From positions 91,470 to 155,469 of the forward strand of contig BPGA01000001.1 of the NCBI GenBank assembly GCA_026002795.1: 64,000 nucleotides of DNA. The letters run 5' to 3'. This document shows positions 17,759 to 26,899 of the stretch, piece after piece (position 1 is the stretch's first letter; each line of letters begins with the position of its first letter). Origin of the DNA: Candidatus Pacearchaeota archaeon (GTDB lineage: Archaea > Nanobdellota > Nanobdellia > Pacearchaeales > GW2011-AR1). The translations under genes and the position numbers were made by a program. Under the pieces are notes generated by a model, which was not told the DNA's origin, did not search any database, and saw only the letters and a program-made list of their open reading frames with translations.

Positions 17759-18766
17759 TTATAATCCACAATTTCCAGCTTCCCAGATTGAAAAATTCTC
17801 ACCAGGGTTTATATTTGGAGGAGGAGGAGTATATTCAAGATCATCTAATAGTACTCTTAAGTAACTTATATTCTTAGTAGGAACATAATCTGCAAAATTA
17901 ATTTGAAAGCAGCGGCCTTCTGCAGAGTTGCTGAAATTGACATACTTTCCAACGTATGCTGAAATAGCCACATCTGATTTTGGAAGATCTTGGCTATCAA
18001 AGTAGATATCATTCCAAACAGAGAAAATAACTCCTGTATCAAGTGGAGGGTCTAAAATGCAACCTCCAGAACCATCTGGACCAAATCCTTGCTTACATAC
18101 ACACGTTTGTGTACAGTGTGCTGGTAAAGGTGTTCCATCACATTCATTTCCATCATTAATGTCTGTTTCATTCCAAACACCATCACAAGAAGCTGGCGCT
18201 GATCCTCCTCCAGTACCACTGCCTCCTGTACCTCCATTGCCTCCTGTTCCTCCTGTACCTCCATTGCCACCAGTACCTCCTGTTCCTCCAGTGCCTCCTG
18301 TGCCTCCTGTTCCTCCAAGAGAGGAGCTTGAAATCATAACTCTGTCTGTAACATCTCCAATTGTTTCTTTAGAGTTCACTTCAAAAATAGGAGCAACTGA
18401 AACATGTGTTATGTTTGATATTCCTCCAACTTCTTCATCTGTAAATAAAAATGTTGTAGATTGTAATTGAGGAATATTAGTGTTCTTTGTTTGTGTTTTT
18501 ACTGTAGTAGAGCTGTTCTCAAAAATAAAATAAATACCTAAAAGATTTCCAGAACCAACACCCCTTCTAACTTCAACAACAACATTATTGCCTTCAATAT
18601 ATGCTTTTTTAATGCTTAAGTCAATAGCAAACCTCTCGAGAGTTATGCTTTCAGATCCGCTAGAAAGAATATTTCTAATAACAACCCAAACTATAGAAAT
18701 TGCAATTATTGAGATAAGCATAATAAGTAAAGTAGTAACAACAGGAGAAAGTCCTCTTTTTTTCAT
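17759..18766 (-). CDS. Archaeal type IV pilin-like protein (class III signal peptide) with a Gly/Thr linker and a Cys-rich C-terminal domain.
   Basis: N-terminus MKKRGLSPVVTTLLIMLISIIAISIVWVVI fits the K/R-G|(L/I)SPV..T.LLI prepilin pattern. It has a (GGT)n linker and a C-terminal CDGVWNETDINDGNECDG..C.C Cys-rich repeat. Confidence 0.7.
   Translation of the reverse strand: MKKRGLSPVVTTLLIMLISIIAISIVWVVIRNILSSGSESITLERFAIDLSIKKAYIEGNNVVVEVRRGVGSGNLLGIYFIFENSSTTVKTQTKNTNIPQLQSTTFLFTDEEVGGISNITHVSVAPIFEVNSKETIGDVTDRVMISSSSLGGTGGTGGTGGTGGTGGNGGTGGTGGNGGTGGSGTGGGSAPASCDGVWNETDINDGNECDGTPLPAHCTQTCVCKQGFGPDGSGGCILDPPLDTGVIFSVWNDIYFDSQDLPKSDVAISAYVGKYVNFSNSAEGRCFQINFADYVPTKNISYLRVLLDDLEYTPPPPNINPGENFSIWEAGNCGL
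18203..18316. repeat. Low-complexity 9-nt periodic tract encoding GGTGGTGGTGGTGGNGGTGGTGGNGGTGGSGTGGG.
   Basis: CCTCCTGTACCTCCATTGCC occurs twice, at 18222-18241 and 18249-18268. The tract creates long shadow ORFs on both strands. Confidence 0.85.
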
Positions 18767-18826
18767 TTATAAAAAAAATATCTAATGTTTATAAAAGTTT
18801 AGAAAATAAAAATTGAAAAATAAAAA

Positions 18827-19279
18827 TTAAAAACTTCTACTTTGTGTTGTCTGGCAAAGTTGCTCATTTCCAGAAGCATCAATAAAGTAAGGTGTAAACT
18901 CTATTCTTGATGCGTTCAACAAAGATGTCTGTAGTTTTGCAGATTTTGTTTCAAGCTGATTTATTTTACTTCCGAAATCAAGCACTCCTGTGCTAGTAGT
19001 TCCATTAAACAAAACCACTTTTACTCCACCAATATCTCCTCCACCAGCACCTCTACGTAAAGTTACTGTATAGTTACCAGTTTCACCAGCAACAGGATTA
19101 ACACTTACAAACTCTAACTGAATTGCAGCGCATTGTGTTGTTATATCAATTTGCTCTGAACCTTGCTCAACAAGATTTCTAATAACCACCCAAATTATTC
19201 CAATTGCAATTATTGTAAGCAAAATTATAAGCAAAGTAGTGACAACAGCTGACAAACCTCTTTTGTTTTTTTGGTACAT
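18827..19279 (-). CDS. Archaeal type IV pilin-like protein (class III signal peptide).
   Basis: N-terminus MYQKNKRGLSAVVTTLLIILLTIIAIGIIWVVIRNLV is paralogous to the N-terminus of the neighbouring gene. Confidence 0.7.
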   Translation of the reverse strand: MYQKNKRGLSAVVTTLLIILLTIIAIGIIWVVIRNLVEQGSEQIDITTQCAAIQLEFVSVNPVAGETGNYTVTLRRGAGGGDIGGVKVVLFNGTTSTGVLDFGSKINQLETKSAKLQTSLLNASRIEFTPYFIDASGNEQLCQTTQSRSF

Positions 19280-19443
19280 TTTATTTTAACTTAATTAAAT
19301 TATAAAATAAAATATTATTTAAAAACCTTTCTGTATTGAGAGGCTAAAATTATCTTCTACAAGTAAAAACTTAAATAAAAAGAGTGGTCAAAAGTCTTGA
19401 AAAGAATTTTAAAAAGAATTGATTTTTATTGAATTTTTGGCTG

Positions 19444-19728
19444 TTATTGTGATGGAGTTTGTTGGGTTTGTGGTGTTTGTTGTGGTAGTTGCAAACACTC
19501 TATTGCAACAAGATTGATTGTTTGATTGCCTAAAGTTAGTGGAATTGTCTGACACTGAGCAGCTCTTTGCCAAAGAGTAGTTAAAGCAATACTCACTCCT
19601 TGTTGTTGGGCGCTTACTGTATAACCTGTAATTGCTGGCTTAATAACAAGAATATAAACAAGAATTCCTGCTAACACAACAACCAAAAAAACTAAAACAC
19701 CAATCAAAATGCTTGTTTTATTTGCCAT
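19444..19728 (-). CDS. Small membrane-anchored protein with a Q/T/P-rich tail.
   Basis: 94 aa. TM helix ILIGVLVFLVVVLAGILVYILVI is followed by an ITGYTV motif. Confidence 0.5.
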   Translation of the reverse strand: MANKTSILIGVLVFLVVVLAGILVYILVIKPAITGYTVSAQQQGVSIALTTLWQRAAQCQTIPLTLGNQTINLVAIECLQLPQQTPQTQQTPSQ

Positions 19729-19855
19729 TAGTTTTTTAATAACAACAGCTTTAAAAAACTTTCTTTATTATAATGATATTGTTTAATTAGATAATTTGAG
19801 AGATCTTAAAAGTTTAAGAATAAAATTAATTAAATTTTAATGATAAAAAACTATA

Positions 19856-20140
19856 ATGGCTCTACATAGAATAACAAAAAAGAAACTTTTACATTATTTT
19901 GAAATAACAGATAAAGCACTAAAAATTGCTGAAAATTCTGTGAGGAAAGGTAAAGAAAACGAAGCAAAAGAAATAATAAGCATGGTTAAAAATTATCTTT
20001 CTGATTCAAAATATTTTCAAGAGAAAAAAGATTATTTAAGTTCTTTTGCAGCAATAAATTACGCTCATGGTTGGCTTGATTGTGGTGTTAGACTTGGTAT
20101 TTTTAATGTAAAAGACAACTCTTTATTTGTTTTAAAATAA
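19856..20140 (+). CDS. Small conserved archaeal protein, DUF357-like by recollection.
   Basis: 94 aa. The helical region YLSDSKYFQEKKDYLSSFAAINYAHGWLDCGVRLG resembles that family from memory only. Confidence 0.4.
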   Translation: MALHRITKKKLLHYFEITDKALKIAENSVRKGKENEAKEIISMVKNYLSDSKYFQEKKDYLSSFAAINYAHGWLDCGVRLGIFNVKDNSLFVLK

Positions 20141-20182
20141 GAGTGAGAGAAAATTAATAAACTATTTTTTCTTTTTGTTTAT

Positions 20183-20869
20183 ATGAAAAAAATCGTGGTT
20201 TTAAGCTTAGGAGGTAGTCTTATAATTCCTAATGAAATAAATTATTTATTTTTAAAAAAATTTAAAAAAGTTATACTCAAAAATAAAAAAAGATATAAGT
20301 TTATAATTGTTTGTGGTGGAGGAAGTTTAGCTAGGAAATATATTTCTTCTTTAAGAAAAGAGAGAATAAATGAAAGATTACAAAGTCTTGCAGGAATTTC
20401 TGCAACAAGAACAAATGCAAGATTTATGAGTTATTTCTTTAATTTAGATCAAGAATACGGAATTCCGCATACAATGGAAACTTTAGAAAAACATATAAAA
20501 AAAAGAGATATTGTTTTTTGTGGGGCTTTAGAGTATAAACCAGAACAAACATCAGATTCAACTGCTGCAGAGATCGCTTCTCATTTTAAAACTATATTTA
20601 TTAACTTAACAAATGTTTCAGGACTTTATGATAAAAACCCTTTAGAGTATAAGAACGCTAAATTTATCCCTAAAATATCCTGGAAAGATTTTTATTTAAT
20701 GGTAAATAAGAGAAAGTATAAACCAGGCCAACATTTTGTTCTTGATCAAACGGCTTCTAAAATAATTATGAAAAACAAAATAAAAACTTATATTCTTGGA
20801 AATGATTTAAATCAGTTAAAGGCTGTATTAGAAGGGAAAAAATTTAAAGGAACAGTTATTTTTGGTTGA
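20183..20869 (+). CDS. pyrH: Uridylate (UMP) kinase, archaeal type (amino-acid kinase fold).
   Basis: VVLSLGGSLI, VCGGGSLARKYI, ATRTNARF, SDSTAAEIA, NVSGLYDKNP, VLDQTASKII. Confidence 0.7.
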   Translation: MKKIVVLSLGGSLIIPNEINYLFLKKFKKVILKNKKRYKFIIVCGGGSLARKYISSLRKERINERLQSLAGISATRTNARFMSYFFNLDQEYGIPHTMETLEKHIKKRDIVFCGALEYKPEQTSDSTAAEIASHFKTIFINLTNVSGLYDKNPLEYKNAKFIPKISWKDFYLMVNKRKYKPGQHFVLDQTASKIIMKNKIKTYILGNDLNQLKAVLEGKKFKGTVIFG

Positions 20870-20907
20870 TAGACTAGTTTTAAAAACAACGCTCTCTTTT
20901 TAATTTT

Positions 20908-21387
20908 ATGAAGATTTTTATTGTTCAAGCTAATGATTTTCAAAAAGCATCTAAAGAAATAAAATTTCATAAAGAAAAAAATTCTTTAATAGTTGTTGAA
21001 AGCACTAATTATGATATTACAAAGAAAATCTTAGAAAGACACAAGGCTGATATCTTACTCGTTCCTCTTTTAGGAAAAAAAGATAAAATGAAGCAGTTAG
21101 ATTCTGGATTTGATAGTGTTTTAGCTAGAATATGTAAAAAAAATAATGTTGCTTTAGGCATAAATTTGGAAGAATTTTTTAAATCAAAATCTTTTAAAGA
21201 GAAATCAAACATAATTTCAAGGATAAAACAAAATATAAAGTTATGCAATAAATATAAAATAAGTATTGTATTTTTTTCAGAAAGAAAAAGAGATTTATAT
21301 GACTTAAAAGCTTTTTGTATTGTTTTGGGTTTGCAAACTTTTCTAGTTAAAAATATTAATTTTTATAAAATTGGTATAAATCAATAA
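20908..21387 (+). CDS. Probable RNase P protein component 3 (Rpp30-like), shorter than usual.
   Basis: HKADILLVP..DSGFDSVLARICKKNNVALGINLEEF..IKLCNKYKISIVFFSERKRDLYDLKAFCIVLGL fits the Rpp30 TIM-barrel C-terminal pattern. At 159 aa it is N-terminally short. Confidence 0.45.
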   Translation: MKIFIVQANDFQKASKEIKFHKEKNSLIVVESTNYDITKKILERHKADILLVPLLGKKDKMKQLDSGFDSVLARICKKNNVALGINLEEFFKSKSFKEKSNIISRIKQNIKLCNKYKISIVFFSERKRDLYDLKAFCIVLGLQTFLVKNINFYKIGINQ

Positions 21388-21435
21388 TTTACAAATAAAC
21401 AAAATATTTTTAAGAATTAGTAACGCTTCTTTATA

Positions 21436-22983
21436 ATGAGCGAAACAAAAAATGGAAATAAAAATGAAGATAAAAAACTAAAAAAAGTTTTAGAATCATT
21501 AAGCCCAAACGAGAGGAGAATTTTACCACATTTAACTTTAGGAAAAGTAACTGAAATATGTAAAAGATCTAATCTAGATAAAGTTTCTGTTTTAAGAGCT
21601 ATAGATTATCTTTCAAACAAAGGTATTATTAAAATTTCAAGAAAAACAGAAAAAATTGTTAGCCTTGATACAAATGGAATTTTTTATAGAAAAAAAGGGC
21701 TTCCTGAAAGAAGATTACTTGATTTATTAAATGAAAAAAGAATAATCTCTATAGATGATGCAAAAAAAGAAACTAATCTTTTAGAAGATGAATTTGAAGC
21801 TTCTTTAGGAATTTTAAAAAGAAAAAATTTTATTGAAATTAAAAAAGGAAAAATATTTTTGATAGCAAATAAAGAGGAAATAGCAAAAAAAACAGAAGAA
21901 GAGATTTTTTTAGAAAACCTTCCTTTAAATTATGATTCTTTAAGTGATGAACAAACCAGGGTTTTAAAAGCATTACAAAAAAGAAAAAAAATTGTCTCAA
22001 TTAAAGAGGCTAAGAAAGTAGAAATAGAATTAACTGATTTTGGTAAAAAAGTTTTAATGTATAATGTAAAAGATAAAAATCTAATAGAGCAAATAACCCC
22101 TGAAATTTTAAAAAATTCTTCTTGGAAAGGTAAAAATTTTAGAAGATATGAAGTAGAATTGCCTGTGCCAAAAATTTATGGCGGAAAAAGACATTTTGTT
22201 AGTCAGGCTACAGATTATGCAAGAAAAATTTGGACTCAAATGGGGTTTAAAGAAATGAAAGGAGACCTCATTGTCAGCTCTTTTTGGAATTTTGATGCTT
22301 TATTTACTCCTCAAGATCATTCTGTAAGAGAGATGCAAGATACTTTTTTTTTAAATTTAGAAGAGGAAATCGAAGATAAAAAATTATTAGAAAAAGTCAA
22401 AGAAAGTCATGAAAAGGGCGTTGATGGAGGTTCTGGATGGAAATATTTATGGAAAGAAGAAGAAGCAAAAAAACTTATATTGAGGACACATACAACATGC
22501 CTCTCTGCTCAAACTCTTTCAAAAATCAATAAAGAGGATCTTCCACAAAAATTCTTTGCAATAGGAAAGTGTTTTAGAAATGAAACTTTAGATTGGAGTC
22601 ATGGTTTTGAATTTAATCAGACAGAAGGAATTGTTGTTGATAGAAACGCAAATTTCAGGCATTTGTTAGGTTATCTGAAAGAGTTTTTCAGAAAAATGGG
22701 TTTTGAAAAGATAAGATTTAGGCCAAGCTATTTTCCATACACAGAACCAAGTGTAGAGATTGATGTATGGGTTCCTGAAAAAAAAGTCTGGTTAGAGTTA
22801 GGTGGTGCTGGAATTTTTAGGCCAGAGGTTGTTATTCCTCTTCTAGGAGAAAAAATAACTGTTTTGGCTTGGGGTCCTGGATTTGACAGGATGTTAATGA
22901 ATTATTACAACATTAAAGATCTTAGAGAACTTTACAAAAATAATATTAATCAACTTAGAAAAATAAAATTTTGGCTAAAATAA
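21436..22983 (+). CDS. pheS: Phenylalanyl-tRNA synthetase alpha subunit.
   Basis: Class II motifs LRTHTT, GKCFRNETLDWSHGFEFNQTEG, GGAGIFRPEV. N-terminal winged-helix repeats. Confidence 0.9.
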   Translation: MSETKNGNKNEDKKLKKVLESLSPNERRILPHLTLGKVTEICKRSNLDKVSVLRAIDYLSNKGIIKISRKTEKIVSLDTNGIFYRKKGLPERRLLDLLNEKRIISIDDAKKETNLLEDEFEASLGILKRKNFIEIKKGKIFLIANKEEIAKKTEEEIFLENLPLNYDSLSDEQTRVLKALQKRKKIVSIKEAKKVEIELTDFGKKVLMYNVKDKNLIEQITPEILKNSSWKGKNFRRYEVELPVPKIYGGKRHFVSQATDYARKIWTQMGFKEMKGDLIVSSFWNFDALFTPQDHSVREMQDTFFLNLEEEIEDKKLLEKVKESHEKGVDGGSGWKYLWKEEEAKKLILRTHTTCLSAQTLSKINKEDLPQKFFAIGKCFRNETLDWSHGFEFNQTEGIVVDRNANFRHLLGYLKEFFRKMGFEKIRFRPSYFPYTEPSVEIDVWVPEKKVWLELGGAGIFRPEVVIPLLGEKITVLAWGPGFDRMLMNYYNIKDLRELYKNNINQLRKIKFWLK

Positions 22984-22995
22984 TTTTGAAATAAA

Positions 22996-24672
22996 ATGGC
23001 AATTGTAACTTTCAATAGAGATTTATTTGAAAAAGAAATAGGAAAACTTGATGAAAACTTACAAAACAAAATAGCTATGTTTGGCACACCTATAGAGAAA
23101 ATTGATGAAAAAGAAATTCATCTTGAAATTTTTCCTAATAGACCTGATTTACTTTCTTATTACAATTTTAGAAGAGCTTTTTTATCTTTTTTGGGAAAGG
23201 CAAAAGGATTAAAAAAATATAAAATAAAAAAACCAGAAAGTAATTTTGAGGTTATAATTGATAGTTCTGTAAAAGATGTAAGACCATTCACAGCTTGTGC
23301 TATTGTAAAAAATTTAGATTTTGATGAAGAAAAAATAAAAGATATTATAGAATTGCAAGAAAAAATACATTTTACTGTTGGCAGAAAAAGGAAAAAAGTG
23401 GCTATAGGAATTTATCCTTTAGAAAAAATAAAATTGCCTATAACATTCAAAGCTTTAGAACCCGATAAAATAAAATTTGTTCCTTTAGATTTTGATAAAG
23501 AAATGTCTGGTCTTGAAATTTTGCAGAGACATCCAAAAGGTAGAGAATTTTCTGAATTGCTTGCTGGAAAAGTAAAATTTCCTATTTTTGTTGATTCTGC
23601 TGGAGAAATTCTTAGTATGCCTCCAATAATTAATTCTAAAAAAACAGGAAAGATAACAACTGAAACAAAAGATGTTTTTGTAGAGTGTTCCGGGTTTGAT
23701 TTTGATTTATTAAAATCTTGTTTGAATATTTTAGTTTCATCTCTCGCAGAGATGGGTGGCCAAATCTACCAAATGAAATTAAAATACAAAAAACCAGAAA
23801 TTACTCCTAATTTCACTCCAAAAAAAATTAAAATTTCTTTAAAAAATGTAAACTTTCTTTTAGGATTAAATCTAAATGAAAAACAGATTAAAATTTTAGT
23901 TGAAAAAATGGGTCACGATTACAAAAAAAATTTTGTTGAGATTGCTCCGTGGAGGATTGATATTCTTCATGAAGTAGATATTATAGAGGACATAGCTATA
24001 GCTTATGGGTACGAAAATTTTGTTCCGGAAATTCCTAAAATAGATGGTTTTGGAGAAGAAGATAAAAAAGAATCTTTAAAAGAAAAAATTTCTAACATTT
24101 TAGTTGGTTTAGGTTTTCTCGAGGTATGTAGTTTTCATTTAACAAGACAAAATGATCAATTTGGAAAAATGGGAATACAAAAAAAGTTTAATGATTCTTT
24201 GAAAGTAGTTTCTGCTAAAACAGAATATTCTATATTAAGAGAAAACCTTTCTCATATACTTCTTAGAATTCTTTCAGAAAATGTAGATGCAGAATACCCT
24301 CAAAAGATTTTTGAAATCGGAAAGATTTTCAAGATTGTTAAAGAAAAAGAAGGTTTTTTTATTAAATCAGAACGTAAAAAAATTTTAGAAGAAGAGAGTT
24401 TATGTATTGCCCTCTCTCCTGGAAATTATACTGAAATAAGACGGGTTTTAGAGTATTTATTTAATTCTATTGATAAGAAAATAGAAATAAAAGAGTCAGA
24501 AAAAGCGCCTAATTATTTTATTGAGGGAAGAGTTGCTGAAATATTTTTCGAGGGAAAATCTATTGGATATATGGGAGAAGTACATCCAAAAATTCTTGAA
24601 AATTGGAAAATTAGAATGCCTGTGGCTATTGCAGAAATAAACATAAATTATGTTTTAGAAAGTTTATTATAA
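22996..24672 (+). CDS. pheT: Phenylalanyl-tRNA synthetase beta subunit.
   Basis: FPNRPDLLSY, the B3/4 and B5 region (WRIDILHEVDIIEDIAIAYGYENF), and adjacency to pheS. Confidence 0.9.
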   Translation: MAIVTFNRDLFEKEIGKLDENLQNKIAMFGTPIEKIDEKEIHLEIFPNRPDLLSYYNFRRAFLSFLGKAKGLKKYKIKKPESNFEVIIDSSVKDVRPFTACAIVKNLDFDEEKIKDIIELQEKIHFTVGRKRKKVAIGIYPLEKIKLPITFKALEPDKIKFVPLDFDKEMSGLEILQRHPKGREFSELLAGKVKFPIFVDSAGEILSMPPIINSKKTGKITTETKDVFVECSGFDFDLLKSCLNILVSSLAEMGGQIYQMKLKYKKPEITPNFTPKKIKISLKNVNFLLGLNLNEKQIKILVEKMGHDYKKNFVEIAPWRIDILHEVDIIEDIAIAYGYENFVPEIPKIDGFGEEDKKESLKEKISNILVGLGFLEVCSFHLTRQNDQFGKMGIQKKFNDSLKVVSAKTEYSILRENLSHILLRILSENVDAEYPQKIFEIGKIFKIVKEKEGFFIKSERKKILEEESLCIALSPGNYTEIRRVLEYLFNSIDKKIEIKESEKAPNYFIEGRVAEIFFEGKSIGYMGEVHPKILENWKIRMPVAIAEININYVLESLL

Positions 24673-24722
24673 TTTAAAATTAATATGTTTAAGGAATTTA
24701 TATTTTTAAGAATTTTAGATTT

Positions 24723-25211
24723 TTAACCAAAATATCCTCTTGTGTTGTTTTCTTTTTTTGAATCAAAACTTTTTTCAACTTTTTCCAAGATATTAAAAAA
24801 ATTTTTTTTAGTATTTTGCCAAAAATTATAGCTTTCTTTTATAAATTCTGCTTCTTTTTCTTCTGAAAAAAATACGTCAAGTTTTATGTATTCAATTTCC
24901 ATTTTTGTTATTTTTTTATGTATTTCTGAAAGAATCTTTTTATCATCTTGATTTATTGCTTTTAATATAAAAATAGTGAACATTGAAGGATTAGTTGGGT
25001 TAATTAAGCTTTCAATGAATCTTGCTACCCTAAACAAAAAATCTGCAACCTTAATCCTAATATGTCTTATTAAAAAATCTGTTTCTTTGTTTGAAATTTC
25101 TTCTATCCAAAATTCTTCATTAAGCTCTTTAAAGGTTGGTAATTTATACTTTTTTTTAAGCAATTCGTAACTTTTTTTCATATTTTCTAAGCTGTTTTCT
25201 TTTTTTACCAT
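24723..25211 (-). CDS. Hypothetical protein.
   Basis: Track ORF of 162 aa. No motif recognised. Confidence 0.45.
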   Translation of the reverse strand: MVKKENSLENMKKSYELLKKKYKLPTFKELNEEFWIEEISNKETDFLIRHIRIKVADFLFRVARFIESLINPTNPSMFTIFILKAINQDDKKILSEIHKKITKMEIEYIKLDVFFSEEKEAEFIKESYNFWQNTKKNFFNILEKVEKSFDSKKENNTRGYFG

Positions 25212-25229
25212 TTTAAAAATAATTACTTA

Positions 25230-25303
25230 AGCCTGTGCTGAGATTTGAACTCAGGACCTCGACATTACCAATGTCGCGCTCTAACCAACTGAGCTACACA
25301 GGC
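25230..25303 (-). tRNA. tRNA-Thr with anticodon GGT.
   Basis: Hand fold of the reverse complement: acceptor GCCTGTG/CACAGGC, D arm GCTC..GAGC, anticodon stem CGACA/TGTCG, loop TT-GGT-AA, T arm CTGAG-TTCAAAT-CTCAG. Confidence 0.85.
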
Positions 25304-25365
25304 ACACTTTTAAAAATAAAAACTTAAGAATTTAAATTTATCTTTTTACCTTAGTTGATTCTTGA

Positions 25366-25620
25366 TTACTTTTTTCCTGATTTAATAATTAAAAGCAGTA
25401 TTAAAGATATTAAAAAAGCCAAAACTAAAAATCCAAAGATTATTGAAAGAAGACCAAAAAAGTTTATGAACAGTTCAGAAGTTGAAACGCTATAAAAAAT
25501 TCCAGAGATAATAAAAAGTATAAGAAATAAAGCTAAATTCTTCCATGCAAAACTAATCCTTCTTTCTATGTTTGATAATTTTGTTGATGGCTTTGACTTT
25601 TTTACTTTATTTTTAGCCAT
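25366..25620 (-). CDS. Small two-TM membrane protein.
   Basis: Track ORF of 84 aa with hydrophobic helices. Confidence 0.45.
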   Translation of the reverse strand: MAKNKVKKSKPSTKLSNIERRISFAWKNLALFLILFIISGIFYSVSTSELFINFFGLLSIIFGFLVLAFLISLILLLIIKSGKK

Positions 25621-25642
25621 TATCTTTAAAATAAAAAATAGT

Positions 25643-25963
25643 TTATAAAACTATCCCTAACAAAACTTTTATTGTTTCGTTTTTTGCACTCCAGTCTTTT
25701 TTTATAGCATAAGAAGTTATATCAACAAAGTTTTTCATGGTTGTAAGAAGCCAATATAAATAAATTTTAATTCCATCAAGTATTCCTCCAATTGTAAAAG
25801 GGATATTGTTTTCTATAAAAACATAAGCTATACTAATAACTAAAAAAACTGTTAGTGTTATAGCAAAAAAAGTTGCAGCTGATTGCTTCTTTTTTATTAA
25901 AGTGCTAACTAAAAAAATCACAAGAATAATTATCGCAACAAAAATCCATGCTGAAATTGCCAT
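25643..25963 (-). CDS. Small three-TM membrane protein.
   Basis: Track ORF of 106 aa with hydrophobic helices. Confidence 0.45.
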   Translation of the reverse strand: MAISAWIFVAIIILVIFLVSTLIKKKQSAATFFAITLTVFLVISIAYVFIENNIPFTIGGILDGIKIYLYWLLTTMKNFVDITSYAIKKDWSAKNETIKVLLGIVL

Positions 25964-26102
25964 AAATTATCTTAATCTTTATTTTATATAAACTTTCTGT
26001 TTTTTGCTTTTTTTATTGGCTTAAAATAAAAGTTTAATAAGAGATTAACTTTAAAAAATTGGAATTTTTAGAAGTTAATTGATAAGATAAAAGAACTTTC
26101 AA

Positions 26103-26175
26103 AGCCCTGTAGTTCAGTGGTCAAGAATGGCGCGCTCTGGCCGCGCAGACCCAGGTTCGAATCCTGGCAGGGCTA
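26103..26175 (+). tRNA. tRNA-Gln with anticodon CTG.
   Basis: Hand fold: acceptor AGCCCTG/CAGGGCT, anticodon stem GCGCG/CGCGC, loop CT-CTG-GC, T arm CCAGG-TTCGAAT-CCTGG. Confidence 0.85.
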
Positions 26176-26251
26176 TCTTTATTTTTTTAGAAAATTAATA
26201 TTATAGAATAAAAAGTTATAATTGGTTTTTGTTATAAAATAAAAAGAATTC

Positions 26252-26407
26252 TTATAACTTAATTCTTAACTCTTCTGCGCTCTTTAAGTCTTTGTTATGT
26301 TGGTCAAGCCTTCCGCTAAGTAGACAGTCAAAACAAGTATGTACCTCACCGCTTTTTTCTTTTACTATTCCTGTATTATTACATTTAGGACAAACCTCTT
26401 CTGCCAT
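26252..26407 (-). CDS. Small zinc-finger protein of 51 aa, not in the ORF track.
   Basis: Hand translation: MAEEVCPKCNNTGIVKEKSGEVHTCFDCLLSGRLDQHNKDLKSAEELRIKL. It has two CxxC pairs, the first in a DnaJ-like CxxCxxxG context, and a TATA-like AAATATTTAAAT about 25 nt upstream. Confidence 0.45.
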   Translation of the reverse strand: MAEEVCPKCNNTGIVKEKSGEVHTCFDCLLSGRLDQHNKDLKSAEELRIKL

Positions 26408-26509
26408 ATAAATCTTAAAATATTAGTAAATTTAAATATTTCGGAAGTTAAAAAGATAGTTTAGAAACAATAAGCTTATATACCTGTGTTTTTATATTTA
26501 ATAAATAAA

Positions 26510-26761
26510 ATGGCAGAAAAAGAGATTGGAAAAGTTTCTAGTTATTTTAGCCATGTTGGTGTTGCTGCTGTAAAGCTAACATCTAATCTAAAGGTTGGAG
26601 ACAAAATACATATAAAAGGCCATACAACAGACTTCCAAACTGTTGTAAAAAGCATGCAAATAGAAAAGAAAGATGTAAAAACAGCAAAAGCGGGAGACCA
26701 TGTTGGAATAAAGGTTCCTGAAAGAGTAAGGCCTAATGATGTAGTTTATCTTGTAAGTTAG
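26510..26761 (+). CDS. Small beta-barrel protein resembling translation-factor domain II.
   Basis: MAEKEIGKVSSYFSHVGVAAVKLTSNLKVGDKIHIKGHTTDFQTVVKSMQIEKKDVKTAKAGDHVGIKV. The track starts at a GTG at 26486, but the ATG at 26510 is more likely. Confidence 0.5.
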   Translation: MAEKEIGKVSSYFSHVGVAAVKLTSNLKVGDKIHIKGHTTDFQTVVKSMQIEKKDVKTAKAGDHVGIKVPERVRPNDVVYLVS

Positions 26762-26899
26762 ATTTTAGTGTTAGATGTTAGTCAGATTAACATTTTAGTT
26801 AGATTTAGATGAAAACGACAAAAAGAAAGAAAAAACAGTTATAATTTTTAATCTATTTTTTAAATAGATTTTTTAAGTTTAAATTAAGTTAATTTAAAA

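Noticed and set aside
18052-18785. Track ORFs 18052-18318 (-), 18057-18470 (+) and 18588-18785 (+), including a PPVPPVPP-rich product.
   Set aside because: They are alternative-frame readings of the (GGT)n tract and of the pilin-like gene on the minus strand. The pilin-like frame has a convincing class III signal peptide.
26762-26899. A TTAG-rich stretch and a 9-bp hairpin (AATCTATTT..AAATAGATT at about 26851-26871) after the small beta-barrel gene.
   Set aside because: It is short and AT-rich, so it is expected by chance at this composition. At most it is a terminator or promoter element, and I saw no recurring copies.
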